The notes below the pieces were generated by a model. It was given only the letters and a program-made list of their open reading frames with translations. It was not told the DNA's origin and searched no databases. From the NCBI RefSeq assembly GCF_964204645.1, contig NC_134026.1, positions 7,215,950 to 7,279,949 of the forward strand: a DNA stretch of 64,000 bases, read 5' to 3'. The number at the start of each line of letters is the position of its first letter. Positions within the stretch are counted from its first letter, which is position 1. The stretch is from Tubulanus polymorphus. Lineage: Eukaryota > Animalia > Nemertea. The translations under genes and the position numbers were made by a program. This document shows, one piece after another, positions 24,001 to 35,296 of this stretch.

Positions 24001-27000
24001 CCGTGTTCGGTCGACTTTTCTTGGAATTATTTAGAATCATTTCTAGAAATTAGATGACCCAATATAAATAGATATATACATTACAGAATATTTGATCTGG
24101 ATTAGAAACCTTCACCAATAAACCTACACAATTACTGTGGAACCGAATCCAGAGTCAAACACTAAACCCACGCAACTGTGGAACTGGTTTCAGAGTCAAA
24201 TTTAATGCACAAAACTGTGGAACTGGTTTCAATGTCAAAATAGACCCACACAGCGGTGGAACTGGGCTCAGAACGATGTAAATTATCTGCTGCAGAACTG
24301 AAGACTGTTCTTGTTTCTTTTCAGGTCAGAATCTAGCGAAGAAAGCTAAAGAATTATCTGTGAAATTCGAGACCGATTTGATATTTCTATGGTTGGGTCC
24401 AACAGCAGTCACTTTTCTGAATACGTACTCCGCTATTAAAGATGCGTTCGTAAAGAACGGAGATCAATTGAGAGATAGACCTGAAATGTTCTTCAAAAAA
24501 TTTCTCACCAACGGAAAAGGTATTTGGTATAAATATTGTCTCCAGGTGTCCTGTTGAACAGGGGTTATGTTGTTTCTTTTGATATTTTGATTGATATTCA
24601 TTCAACGTTTCGACTTATTCCTAATAGTCATCTTCATGAATACAGGGTTATTACAAAATAATCAGATATGCAATATATCCAGAACAAAGATATTATATTT
24701 ATATACATTATAGTTTTGTTGATATAGTATTCTTGAAGATGACTATTAGGATATAGTCGAAACCTACCTAAAACAGATACAGTGGAACCTCGTTAATACG
24801 AGTACTTGGGGCAATAAAAAATCATTCGTATTAACGAAAATTCGTAACATGCAATCCAATTTGAAATTTTCCGCCAACAGTTGCCTTTCGATTCGTTGCT
24901 CGCCCTCATGTTCCCAGTTTGACGTAGGTTTATATGTACACGATTCTGAATAATGTAAATAATGATATTAAAAAACACTTTTTAGAAATTTATTCATTTA
25001 TTCATCAATCAAAATCTTCGGCACGATGTCAAATGTCATTTTTATTTATATATACTAAATGTGTACCACCGATAGGTGGTCTTGATCAGCAATCATAAAA
25101 ACCGCATTGGTTTACTAGGGAAATGAGACATGGGGGCCGTAAATTTTCATCGTTTAACGAATTTAACGAATTTTTCGTATCATCGCGTTCGTTTTAAGCT
25201 GATTTTTCAGTACTAGTAATTTTGTACGACTTTTAGCCGGGACAACCGAAAATCATCGTTATACCTTGAACTTTGTAATATAAACAAGGTTCCACTGTTT
25301 GAGCCCGAGGAAATATTTCGACTCCATTTTTCTAAATTTTTAGTGTGCATGGATTTTGTATTTAGCTTTACGACACGGACTCGGAGTGTTTCGTTACTGG
25401 TTATCATTGGTTTCGAATGTTACAGGTATTTTAGGATGCGACGGCGAAGTCTGGAAACAACAGCGACGGTTCACGTTATCGGTGATGAAAGATTTCGGAA
25501 TGGGAAAATATCAGTCCGAACAGCGTATCCTCGATGAGGTTCAAAATCTGATCGAGCATCTGCAGACCGTTGAGAACTGCCCTGTCGATATTCACCACAG
25601 AATGACGACAGCAACTTCAAACATTATCAGCTCAGTCGTGTTCGGAAAACGTCACGAATACGGCGACCGGAAGTTCTCCGAATTCATGACGTCATTAGAA
25701 TGGACAATGGGAAAAGTAGGATTCTTCGGTTTGTTGAATTATCTACCATGGTTACGTCATTGTCCGGGAGATCCGCTCAGCTTCCGGCGGATACAGCGAG
25801 TTTCCGCGAGAATCAACGAGTTCATACGAGAACAGATCGACGAACATAGAACGAGATTTTGCGAGAATAGAATCGAAGATTTTATCGATGCTTATTTACA
25901 GGAACTGAACAGAACTGAAAAATCTACGATCAATGGACATTATAATGGTAACTATACACAACCGCCAGGGGGAGCAGTGGATAGTTGACATAGTGACAAT
26001 CAAAACTGGTTGTCTAAAGTTGGTTAAAGTTCAATGGCGGATAAATACCATGGTTACAATACAATTTCAAATGCCCCTATGACATTTATTCAGCAGTTAA
26101 AATAAACCAACTTTTGAAACAGCAGCTATCCCCTGGGTCGTGATTCACGAAAAAAGCATAATCTTAAAACAGTTAATTTTGAATTTTTGTCCTCATCGAA
26201 AACATGAAATTACCGTAGGTAGTTTTTCCCGTTTTTGGTGTTATGTTGTTCCTCTAGGGGGCGTTGTACATCCGTGGCACCAAGTAAATTAATGGATAAG
26301 ACTTACTAAGGAATTTCTGTGATAGGGTATAGTTACAAGAACAGGTCTAAGCATATAACGGCTAAGTTTGAATTGTTGTCCTCATAGAAAACATGAAATA
26401 ATCTAATTAGGTTTTAGTAAGACTTTATCGTGAACCCTGATGAATTTTTTCTAGAACAGCAGATGGTACAGGTTATCAGAGATATGTTTGTTGCCGGTAC
26501 TGAAACTACTGCTATTACACTACGCTGGACGATACTATACATGTGTATATATCCACACATACAACAGAAGGTAATTAACATATTCAAATCGGATAATTAA
26601 TGAATATTCATGAATTCGATTCGTTCTTAAGTATCTCATTCCGAATGACCCTTAGTGAAGATGAGGGAAAGATTTAAAACACCACGGCAAAAAGCTAGAG
26701 CAATTATAACAATTTCGAAATAGCTCGGTAGGTATTCAATAGTCAGGTGAAGTGAGTGGTGACTATTCAAAAAACGCTGATTTTCACAAGAAGTGGTTAC
26801 GGACCCAGTTAAATTGTACTTGCTCCTGTTACTGGCGAATACTCATGGAAAAACATTTTTGGTGATTTATTTTCCTAGGTTCACGAAGAATTGGAAGAAT
26901 TTCGCTCAAATCGTTGCAACGAATTTATAACGATGTCGGACTCTGCTATGTTACCATACACGCGAGCAGTACTGATGGAGAGCCAACGGTTCGCGACTAT

Positions 27001-28046
27001 CATGCCTTTCGGCGTACCTCACGCTAACAATACTCGTGACGTCACACTGGGTCGTTACGATATACCACGTGGTACGATCGTAATGGCGAATATCTGGGCG
27101 GTTCATAACGACGCTGAAATCTGGAATCGTCCGGAACAATTTGATCCGAGTCATTTTCTTGATAAAAACGGGCAGCATGTTAACGAGGAATTCCTCATAC
27201 CGTTCCTTATTGGTACGTAACAAATACACCCTGGGAGAAATCCCTAGATGATCGGTTTAGGATTCAGTTCAACGGTTTAAGACCTTCACCAACAACCTTT
27301 ATGTCTGATTGTTTACACTAGAACAATGTGGACAAAACCATTTCCGGGACTGGCTGAATTCAGGGCCCGATTCCACAGTTCAGGAATTTGTTCCAAAGTT
27401 CTGTCCACAGCTGCATATAGTTCAGAAACCGGTTCCATAGCCCAGAAACCAGTTCCACAACGAAGTGCCTACTCCACATTTCAATGTTTTAAATTTGACT
27501 ATATAGTTGAGATCATTAGATGTATTCATTAGCTGTATTCATTCAACTTTTGACTTAATCAGTTCAAATCAGTTCATTCCTATAATTGAATCTACAGTCA
27601 AATTCTAACTGAACTAACTGTAGAACTGAATATTACTGGTAATAGATTCAGCACACAGTTCCACAGTTCCACACACAGTTGTCGGTAGCCCGTTGATCTC
27701 CGATGTTTAGAGTAATTGAGAACTTAGGAACTGAGTCCAGATGATCTAGTTTTAGATAATAATAAAGGGATAGCTTTAGAAAACAACTTCTTATCCTTAA
27801 TATTTACAATTTCCTCCCATTTGTTTTCATGCAGGTAAGCGTGCTTGTTTAGGAGAATCGTTGGCTAAGATGGCGCTATTTCTGTTCTTCACGAATCTCA
27901 TGAATCAATACAAATTTCGGCTGCTCGAATCCGCTGCCGATATCGATTTAAACGGTTTATCTGGGGTCGTCAAGCAGCCGCCATTTCACAGAATCATCGT
28001 TACTAAGCGACACAACAATGAATTACATAGCAACCGGGAACCGTAG
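21065..28046 (+). CDS. Cytochrome P450, clan 2 (CYP2-like), 6 exons, 518 aa
   Basis: Exons 21065-21242 (anchor, PPGPRGLPLIG), 24325-24519, 25426-25947 (WKQQR), 26455-26570 (AGTETT), 26879-27212 (ESQR, PEQFDPSHF) and 27835-28046. The heme motif PFLIG|KRACLGE spans exons 5 and 6. Total 1557 nt, in frame. Confidence 0.95.
21870..22110. repeat. ~40-bp AACTGTGGAACTGG satellite/MITE-derived array (dispersed family)
   Basis: The same unit recurs at ~11575, 24130-24300, 27360-27470, 36000-36140, 50590-50730, 58465 and 60085-60330. Confidence 0.8.
23490..23770. repeat. ~52-bp tandem repeat (TTAGATTGGTTATAGAACCAGAATGAGCTTAGACTGGTCT), dispersed family
   Basis: Related copies at 28350-28600, 36720-36850, 51190-51310 and 54370-54570. 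Confidence 0.8.
24780..25297. mobile_element. pogo/Tigger-like (Tc1-mariner) MITE in CYP intron 2
   Basis: TA|CAGTGGAACCTCGTT ... AACAAGGTTCCACTG terminal inverted repeats. Confidence 0.7.
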
Positions 28047-28929
28047 AAATCGGTAGAATGTTATGTGGCAGCAGTTACTTGACAATTTGAGAGAAGACTT
28101 ACGAATTGATTTTTACGAAAATTGTTAATTTGTAAATATGTATTGAAATGTTTCCTTCTAATAGGTTTGGTGTAAATATGTTTGCAGATAATTTTATATA
28201 GACAGGGACCATGTTCCACAGTTATGAGTTGATATTTGACTCAGAGTTCATTGAAAATGAACGAATTTCAACTCAGAGTTAACTTGAAATCACATATTGT
28301 GGAACTGGATCCGGGCGCTCGTTGCATACTCGAAACTTAAATCCAAAATCTTAAATCTTAAGACTGATCTGTTTGGTTACAGAAGATAAAATTTGACTGG
28401 TCTTACGTAAGTTGTTAGAATGACGACAGAACCAAAATGAGCTAAGACTGGTCTTAAGTGGTTAGATTGGTTATACATAGAATCAAAACTAGATTGGCTA
28501 TAGAATCCCAAACAGAGCTAAGTGGTTTTCAGTTTAGTTATAAGTTTTTAGTTTGGTCATAGAACCAAAGAAGCTTAGACTGGTCTTAAATGTGTTGATT
28601 GACTCAGTCAAAGTGTTGACTGTGCAACTTGCTACTGAATATTAATCGACGCTAATGTTTGAATCCATGACACTGTTTTTATTCGTACACATTATAAACA
28701 TGACAAACTATAGACTGTTCCAAGCACCGCACAAATATTTAACCTCGATATCAAACGTTTTATTCTAAAACGCTTTTAAATTCAAATATTCTATTTAATA
28801 GTTTAAAATGCGGTTTAATCTTTATTTATATTGGATCTGAATCGAATAAAATTCATAAAATTGATTTTCATCTTTTACTAAATTTTATGCATTTGGTTTT
28901 TTCGGCAAAGGGATATTTATGGATTCCTT

Positions 28930-29300
28930 GCAGACAACCCGGAAACCAATGAGGAGGGTGAATCGATTGGAAAATGTGGAGCCGCTGGACCGGAGTCCTC
29001 CTCAAGACAAGGCTCCGTCTCTACAACTTCATATGCGTGTCAGTAATGCTCTATAACTGCAGCAGCCGGGCTGTTCCACAAGCTCATCTCGACTAGTTAG
29101 ATGCCTGTCACCGGAACCATCTCGGGTCGGGATTATTACTGGTCACAAGTTGCCCAACATACTCATCTCCAATGATGTACTCCACGGTTTGGTCAATCAA
29201 GAGCCACTCTCAAAAGTCAAAGAGCCAGATAGAACATGTTTGGCCACGTTCTTCGGATGGACACAAACAACCCAATCCAAAAAGCCATGGAGTTCGTGAC
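28930..29300 (+). mobile_element. Decayed RTE-like LINE ORF2 C-terminal fragment
   Basis: Translates as KTRLRLYNFICVSVMLYNCSS..AHLD*LDACHRNHL and FGHVLRMD..NPIQKAM, with stops and frameshifts. Confidence 0.7.
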
Positions 29301-29339
29301 GCGCCTCGTGTAATCGTATCCCTTCCAAATTCAATCACC

Positions 29340-29660
29340 GTATACTACTAGTCATCACCTTAGATCTGGTCCTGATGAATATGTTTCATGTAAACCGCCT
29401 ATCCCAAAGAGGAATATTGATAGCCACCCAATCAATCTTTTCGTTTTATCTCTCCAACAATATGGAAGTTACTTCAAAATTATATTCGGGAGAGTGAGGA
29501 GTCTGTTGAAGGAAAGACTTGGAAAGCATATTTTTAATGTAACTTACAACTGAAAATGTTTCAGCTCAATGAAATATTGTATTTCATACTATCTGTGATG
29601 TTGTATATGTTTTTCTATAAAGCGCTACATAGAAATATATTTTATCATTATTATCATTAT
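29340..29660 (+). mobile_element. Decayed L2-like LINE 3' end
   Basis: Degenerate FRFISPTIW / KERLGKHIF-like translation, then AAGCGCTA and an (ATT/ATC)n tail. Confidence 0.4.
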
Positions 29661-29858
29661 GTGTTTTATATACCGAGTTTAATCAGTAAAGGTCGGAAAT
29701 GTCGTCACAGATATTATGTGAAATGAGTCGTCAGATATTTATGGCTGTCAGACATTGAATAGATATTTCATTACCGATTGTCCAACGACTGTCTTTTAAT
29801 AGAATAATAAGACAGAAAGAAACACAGAGAAGAATTCTCGACACAACGGAACAAATAA

Positions 29859-32628
29859 ATGTCTCTAGGAACCAATTTTGTAAATGTGATTTTCCTCTGC
29901 TCATGCAGCGGTTTCAACTGTAAGTATAGAAAATCATGAAATCATTTGATAACATCTACTAAATCACTCGGTCCCAGTTGCACAAGTCCAAATTTGATCT
30001 TGCATTGAAGTGGTCTTCCGAGTTGGATTTAAAATCAAAGGCTCAAAATCTCAGAAATTGTGAAACCAAGTCGGTTTTATAAAACCATATAGTACAGAAC
30101 CGTAGAACTGACTGAATGCTCGATCCTCGACAAGCTTGAAGGTTTATCATCCCGAGACCATATTTTCTCCTCGGAGCCACCCACCTCTATCTTTTCAATA
30201 AAAAAGACATATATCTTACGAGTTTTTTACTTTAGGCGATGAAAAATGGAGATGTGATTTTGAATCTGGAGATTGTGGATGTTCAGGAAGGTTCAGCGGA
30301 TGGAATGTGATACGGCCTGTGATTCCGCGGAAAGATGCGAGCGGTTCGTGTTTGACCTTTATTTGTCTTCCCTAAAACATTATCACGTCCTACTGACCAC
30401 GATTTTACGATTTTTTTAAGCACATATAGATTTTATTAATCAAAGTCAATAGTATATGCAAAACAAATACATGCTAAGGTCCAAAGGACATTATACGCAA
30501 TTACAATAATTATAGAAATAACAGTAACATTTGACGGTGATCAAAAATGTATAAAATGCACATAACTGATAATAACAGTGACATTTGACGGTGATCAAAA
30601 ATGTATAAAATGCACATAACTGATAATAACAGTGACATTTGACGGTGATCAAAAATGTATGAATGCACATAAACTGATAATTACAATAAAGGGTGATAAT
30701 AATAATGGTAATAATAATAGCAATGATGAATTGTAACAAAAATAGTAATAATTGTGATAAATATTAGCATTAAATAATTATAGATAATAATGATAAATAA
30801 TAACAAAAAATGATAATAAATAATAATGATGATAATGATGATGATGATTATATTAATTATTGATTGGGATTCTTTGGTTTCTAGAAATGAATTTAGCAAC
30901 AAGACAGATTACTGTCGAGTATAAATCAAAGTTAAGAATGGAATTTCCAATAAGTAATAATTCACATTTATTCGACATATCTAATCTATTGAAATACGGA
31001 AGTGGTAGAAGGGAATCAAGCGAAGTGGGGAGGTTAGAAAAGTCATGCTGGAGGGAAGGATTTTACGATTGACCCCAATATTCGGAGCTATTAAGATAAG
31101 CTTCGAGATATCAACAAAATGTATAAGAAAATTTACCCTGGAATCGAAAAGTCTAACGCACAAATAGTTTCTTTCAGATTACTGATTTCATTTTGTAGGT
31201 TCTACCTCTGGGCGTTACATATCCACAGTCGGCTATGGCGGTACATATTTGACCACACCGTGGTTAATTTTAACACCAGGAAACAAAACGCTAAATTCAG
31301 TTACAATGTATACGACATGTTGTATCCTGGAGATCTGGAGGTAACGGTTGATGAAGGGAGGGAAAATTTCGCACCGATATCGAGGAGTCACAGAGTGTTA
31401 AATGAAACTGTGGAGCCGCCAAACGACGAGCAGAAATGGGTTGATGTCAGCGTGAATTTCATTACAGATCTCAAGTATATGAGAGTAAGGCAGGATTAAT
31501 AATTGCTATAGTAAAAACTCCAAAAAAGGTCCAAGATTCCTTTCTTCGTCTGGACTCTAACCCGATAAACCCCGCATCACAAATCTAAAAGTAAATACGT
31601 AGTTCTATACAAAGATAAGTTGCTGAGTCATGGCAAGACTTTCTGAGTTCAATAGCCATCCAATGATTCAAGATCAAGATCAGTCTTCAGATTTAAAACC
31701 ATTTTTGCACCCCTGTGGTATTAACATCTCGACTAACAGCTGTGACATAATTCTATTTTCAGGTAAAATTTACATTCACAGTACGAGATCCACGACCGCA
31801 TACATTACAATTTGACAATATAATCATTTTAGATGACAGACCACCACCTACCTACACGTATTCAGGTGATATGAACCTTATATCCCAATCTATCTAACCA
31901 ATAATCGTTTTATTAGTTTAAATATTTAGTTAGTTTAAATTAGTTTTGAGTATTAGTTTTTCGCAATTTTTCAAACGGGTTTTATACTAATACACCAATG
32001 ACACCAAACGCTCTAGATCTATGGTCTCTGACGTCAAAGCTGATTGGGGTATCTTCACTTACCATGGTTTTGTTTCCCCCTGTTGGGGTATATACACCTT
32101 GACAATAGGCAACCACGCCCATGCAAAGTGAGGATACCGTAATCAGCCGGGGTTGGGCTTATACCCTTTCTATTAAACGAGCAAACCGCATCAAATATCT
32201 TCTCTATCGTTTTAGATGAGGATGCACAATTAGTTGGTACTCTAGTGGGCGTCCTGGTGAGCGTCATTTTGATTCTAACTGCCGTGATTGTCTGCTACCG
32301 TCGCATCAAACCAGAACAGGCGCGACCTGAATCGTCAACACCACGGCAAAATCGGGGACGACGATCAAGTTCTCAAAGAGGTCTAATCAACGACTATGAC
32401 AACCCGCCAACAACAATCCTTCGTGATCCTGGGGATAATAGGTTTCCCGTTTCAACAGTTAGTACTGGTTACGTGTCACCAGGGGGTGCATCTGAATTCC
32501 ATCCCACATCAACCCTCAACACGATGATGGTAGGTCCAGCAGCTCCTCCAGTACGATTTAATCCGGCTGCACCGCCATCTAGTTACGATGAATGCATGAT
32601 GTCATATTCAAATAGTGCATACATATAA
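29859..32628 (+). CDS. MAM-domain type I membrane protein with an apparent 1-nt frameshift (pseudogene or assembly error)
   Basis: Exons 29859-29919 (weak signal peptide), 30236-30343 (WRCDFESGDC..GW), 31199-31484 (GSTSGRY..LTTP / FSYNVY..GDLEV..W), 31763-31865 (LQFDNII) and 32216-32628 (TM LVGTLVGVLVSVILILTAVIVC, Pro/Tyr tail). Sum is 971 nt; one extra A at 31293-31295 restores a 323-aa ORF. Confidence 0.7.
30515..30860. repeat. 3 x ~53-bp tandem repeat plus ATA/ATG low-complexity tract
   Basis: ATAACAGTGACATTTGACGGTGATCAAAAATGTAT occurs 3 times, followed by (ATA/ATG)n. Confidence 0.85.
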
Positions 32629-32681
32629 TAACTGAAACGATGAAGTTGTCGGCGTGCGCATGCATTGTCTGTGTTTCGACA

Positions 32682-33030
32682 CACGACTTGAATCATCAAC
32701 ACAGCGACAAAATCAGGGACGACGGTCAAGTTCTCAAAGAGGTCCTATCAACGACTATGACGACCTTCCAACAACAATCATTCGTGATCCTGGGGATTAT
32801 AGGTCTGAACCCGTTTCAAATGTTAGTACTGGTTACGTATCACCAGTGGGCGCAACACAATTTCATTTCACACCAGCCGCCAAAACGATGATGGCAGGTC
32901 CTGACATTCCCCCGGTACGAATGAATCCGACTGCACCGCCACCTAGTTACGATGACTGCATGATATCATATTCAAATAATGCATACATGAAATAACTGTA
33001 ATGATGAAACTGTCGGCGTGCGCATGCATT
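32682..33030 (+). repeat. Tandem duplicate of the cytoplasmic-tail part of the MAM gene's last exon (32322-32670)
   Basis: ORF 32654-32995 aligns to the tail of ORF 32245-32628 (RRSSSQRG.INDYD..PTTI.RDPGD, STGYVSP.GA, APP.SYD.CM.SYSN.AY) and to its 3' flank. Confidence 0.9.
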
Positions 33031-34027
33031 TAGATACTCAGAAAGTTGGGACTCGAATCCACAGTACTGCAGCCGTAATTGTTGGAGACTCTGCCATCAA
33101 TATAACGAAAGATAACATGGTTATTTCCTTACACATTTCTGGGTTCTGTGTAAATCACTGTTATGGCCGTTAATATGTCCAGACGGCTACACGCGCGACC
33201 TCTACTGTTTTCTAAATCTTGAGAAAAAGAGACTTAAGGTGTATAATGAATAAAGCATGGTATAGCAGTCTTAGAAAGTCGTTGAATTCTGAACTGATGG
33301 TTTCCATATGAAATTCATAACTCTTGCATATTCTGCTTTATGCAGTTCTATGCAGTTTCAATTGTCATCAGGCTTTTTTAATCACTTATATTACAGATCC
33401 GCCTCCCAGAATTCTGCACATCAAGGCAAATTTGTTTCTAGTCCTTCGTGTTTCTTCTTCGTGAATCTTTATTCATTTAAATTATCAGTTTCATGATTTA
33501 CAAAAAGTTTGTGCATCGTTTTATAGCATCATTCATTTGGGATTATATATATTGTCGTCACAACTCAGATATAGCATTTCTTTAATCAAAATGCGTACTT
33601 GGAATCAAATACACAAGCTAATAAAAACGCCTAGGATTTCCCGGTTGGCCTAGAAGGGGTCATCAAAGAATTGTATACGTTTGAATTCATCAGAATCATT
33701 ATCAGGTTTTTTCTTCTATCCCGATGTATTGTAAATTTATGCCAAACATTTCTACCGAACAAAATTCGAAAATGGCATAAAAATGCTCAAGGATTCCAAT
33801 TGTAGTGACTACCTATGGTTAAAGCTCTGCAGGGAAACCCTCAACCTCGATCAGGATACATTTCTCTGTTTGATCTATGTTACGCCGTAAGATAGCGCCC
33901 AACGTATACGTCACGACATGTTAGCTTCATTTGGAAGTACGCAACTCAACACCCGATGTTATGGTGTACGGGGAACTTGGTCTTTTCCCTTTAAAAATTG
34001 ACGCTCAATTGTCAGCGGTAAAATTTT

Positions 34028-34102
34028 AAAAACGTAAGACAAATATGCTTGTAACAGTTTCACTCGCATTTGCAATATTTACACTTCCTACCACTATTGC
34101 TT
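34028..34102 (+). pseudogene. Isolated ~75-bp GPCR TM6 fragment
   Basis: ATGCTTGTAACAGTTTCACTCGCATTTGCAATAT is essentially identical to 15809-15843 and ~18558-18592. Confidence 0.8.
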
Positions 34103-34223
34103 CGTTGTTACCAGTTTTACCGGAACAGAGAGCATTTCGGTTCAAGTCCAGTATAGCGTGGAATAGTTCCCCGCTCAAAGATGCATTTTTAGAAAAGGAG
34201 TAATTCGGCTGCTGTACTTTTCA

Positions 34224-34898
34224 GGACAAACCGACAAACCGACATACCGACAAACCGACGATCCAGCCACGGGTAATCCACGGAAAAACCCTGTCCCTCG
34301 ATCCTAGCCACAATATATAAGGAAGATCCATGCAGCCCCTCGATCCTAGCCACTTTATATAAGGGTAATCCATGCACCACACAGCCCCTCGATCCCAGCC
34401 ACTTTATTATACAAGGGTAATCCACGCAACCACGCAGCCCCTCGATCCTAGCCACTTTATATAAGGGTAATCCATGCACCACACAGCCCCTCGATCCCAG
34501 CCACTTTATTATACAAGGGTAATCCACGCAACCACGCAGCCCCTCGATCCTAGCCACTTTATATAAGGGTAATCCATGCACCACACAGCCCCTCGATCCC
34601 AGCCACTTTGTACAAGGGTAATCCACGCACCACACAGCCTCGATCCAAGCCACTTTATATAAGGGTAATCCATGCACCACACAGTCCCTCGATCCCAGCC
34701 AATTTATATAAGGGTTATCCACGCAAACACGCAGCCCCTCGCTTCCAGCCACTTTATATAAGGGTAATCCACGCACGGATTTGTCGGTTCGTCGGTTTGT
34801 CGGTTCGTCGGTATGTCGTTTTTCGGTTCGTCGGTTCGTCGGTTCGTCGGTTTGTCGGTTTGTCGGTATGTCGGTTTGTCGGTTTGTTCGCACGTCCC
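34224..34898. mobile_element. Foldback-like element: inverted (ACAAACCG)n ends around a ~60-bp minisatellite
   Basis: Left (GACAAACC)n at 34224-34260 and right (TTGTCGGT/TCGTCGGT)n at 34780-34890. The interior has ~9 units of CCCTCGATCC(T/C)AGCCACTTTATATAAGGGTAATCCA. Confidence 0.7.
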
Positions 34899-35296
34899 TA
34901 TGGCGTAATGTCGTAAGATTCAATCAGTCCAATACTGGCGGATTAATTCCAAATACCAGTCCAATGTGATAAGTCTCTGCTGGAACTATTTAATGCTATA
35001 ATGGACTTGAGCCTGAATACAAATCACATATAACTTCTAAACTCATACTAGAAAGACTATCGAGGACCAAAAAACGAAGGGGCCCTGATATTGTACCCAG
35101 TTAACTTCTGTTGTAGAATCAAATCCATCAATTGAGTGGAACCGATTGAACCGCGAGTGTGCATGTCTAGTTGAAATAACTGACCAGAACTGATTCTGAA
35201 TAGCGACTCGGAATATGAATAGGGATATGAGACATATTAGTTCAGCGCCCACCTGTCCTCTATGTATTACTATTATTACCTATATAGATAGCAACG

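Noticed and set aside
30860-31072. Possible extra exon of the MAM gene
   Set aside because: Not MAM-like, and exons 2 and 3 already join in phase (KDAS-G-STSGRY).
34189-34923. 244-aa repetitive ORF
   Set aside because: Translation of a minisatellite and foldback arms.
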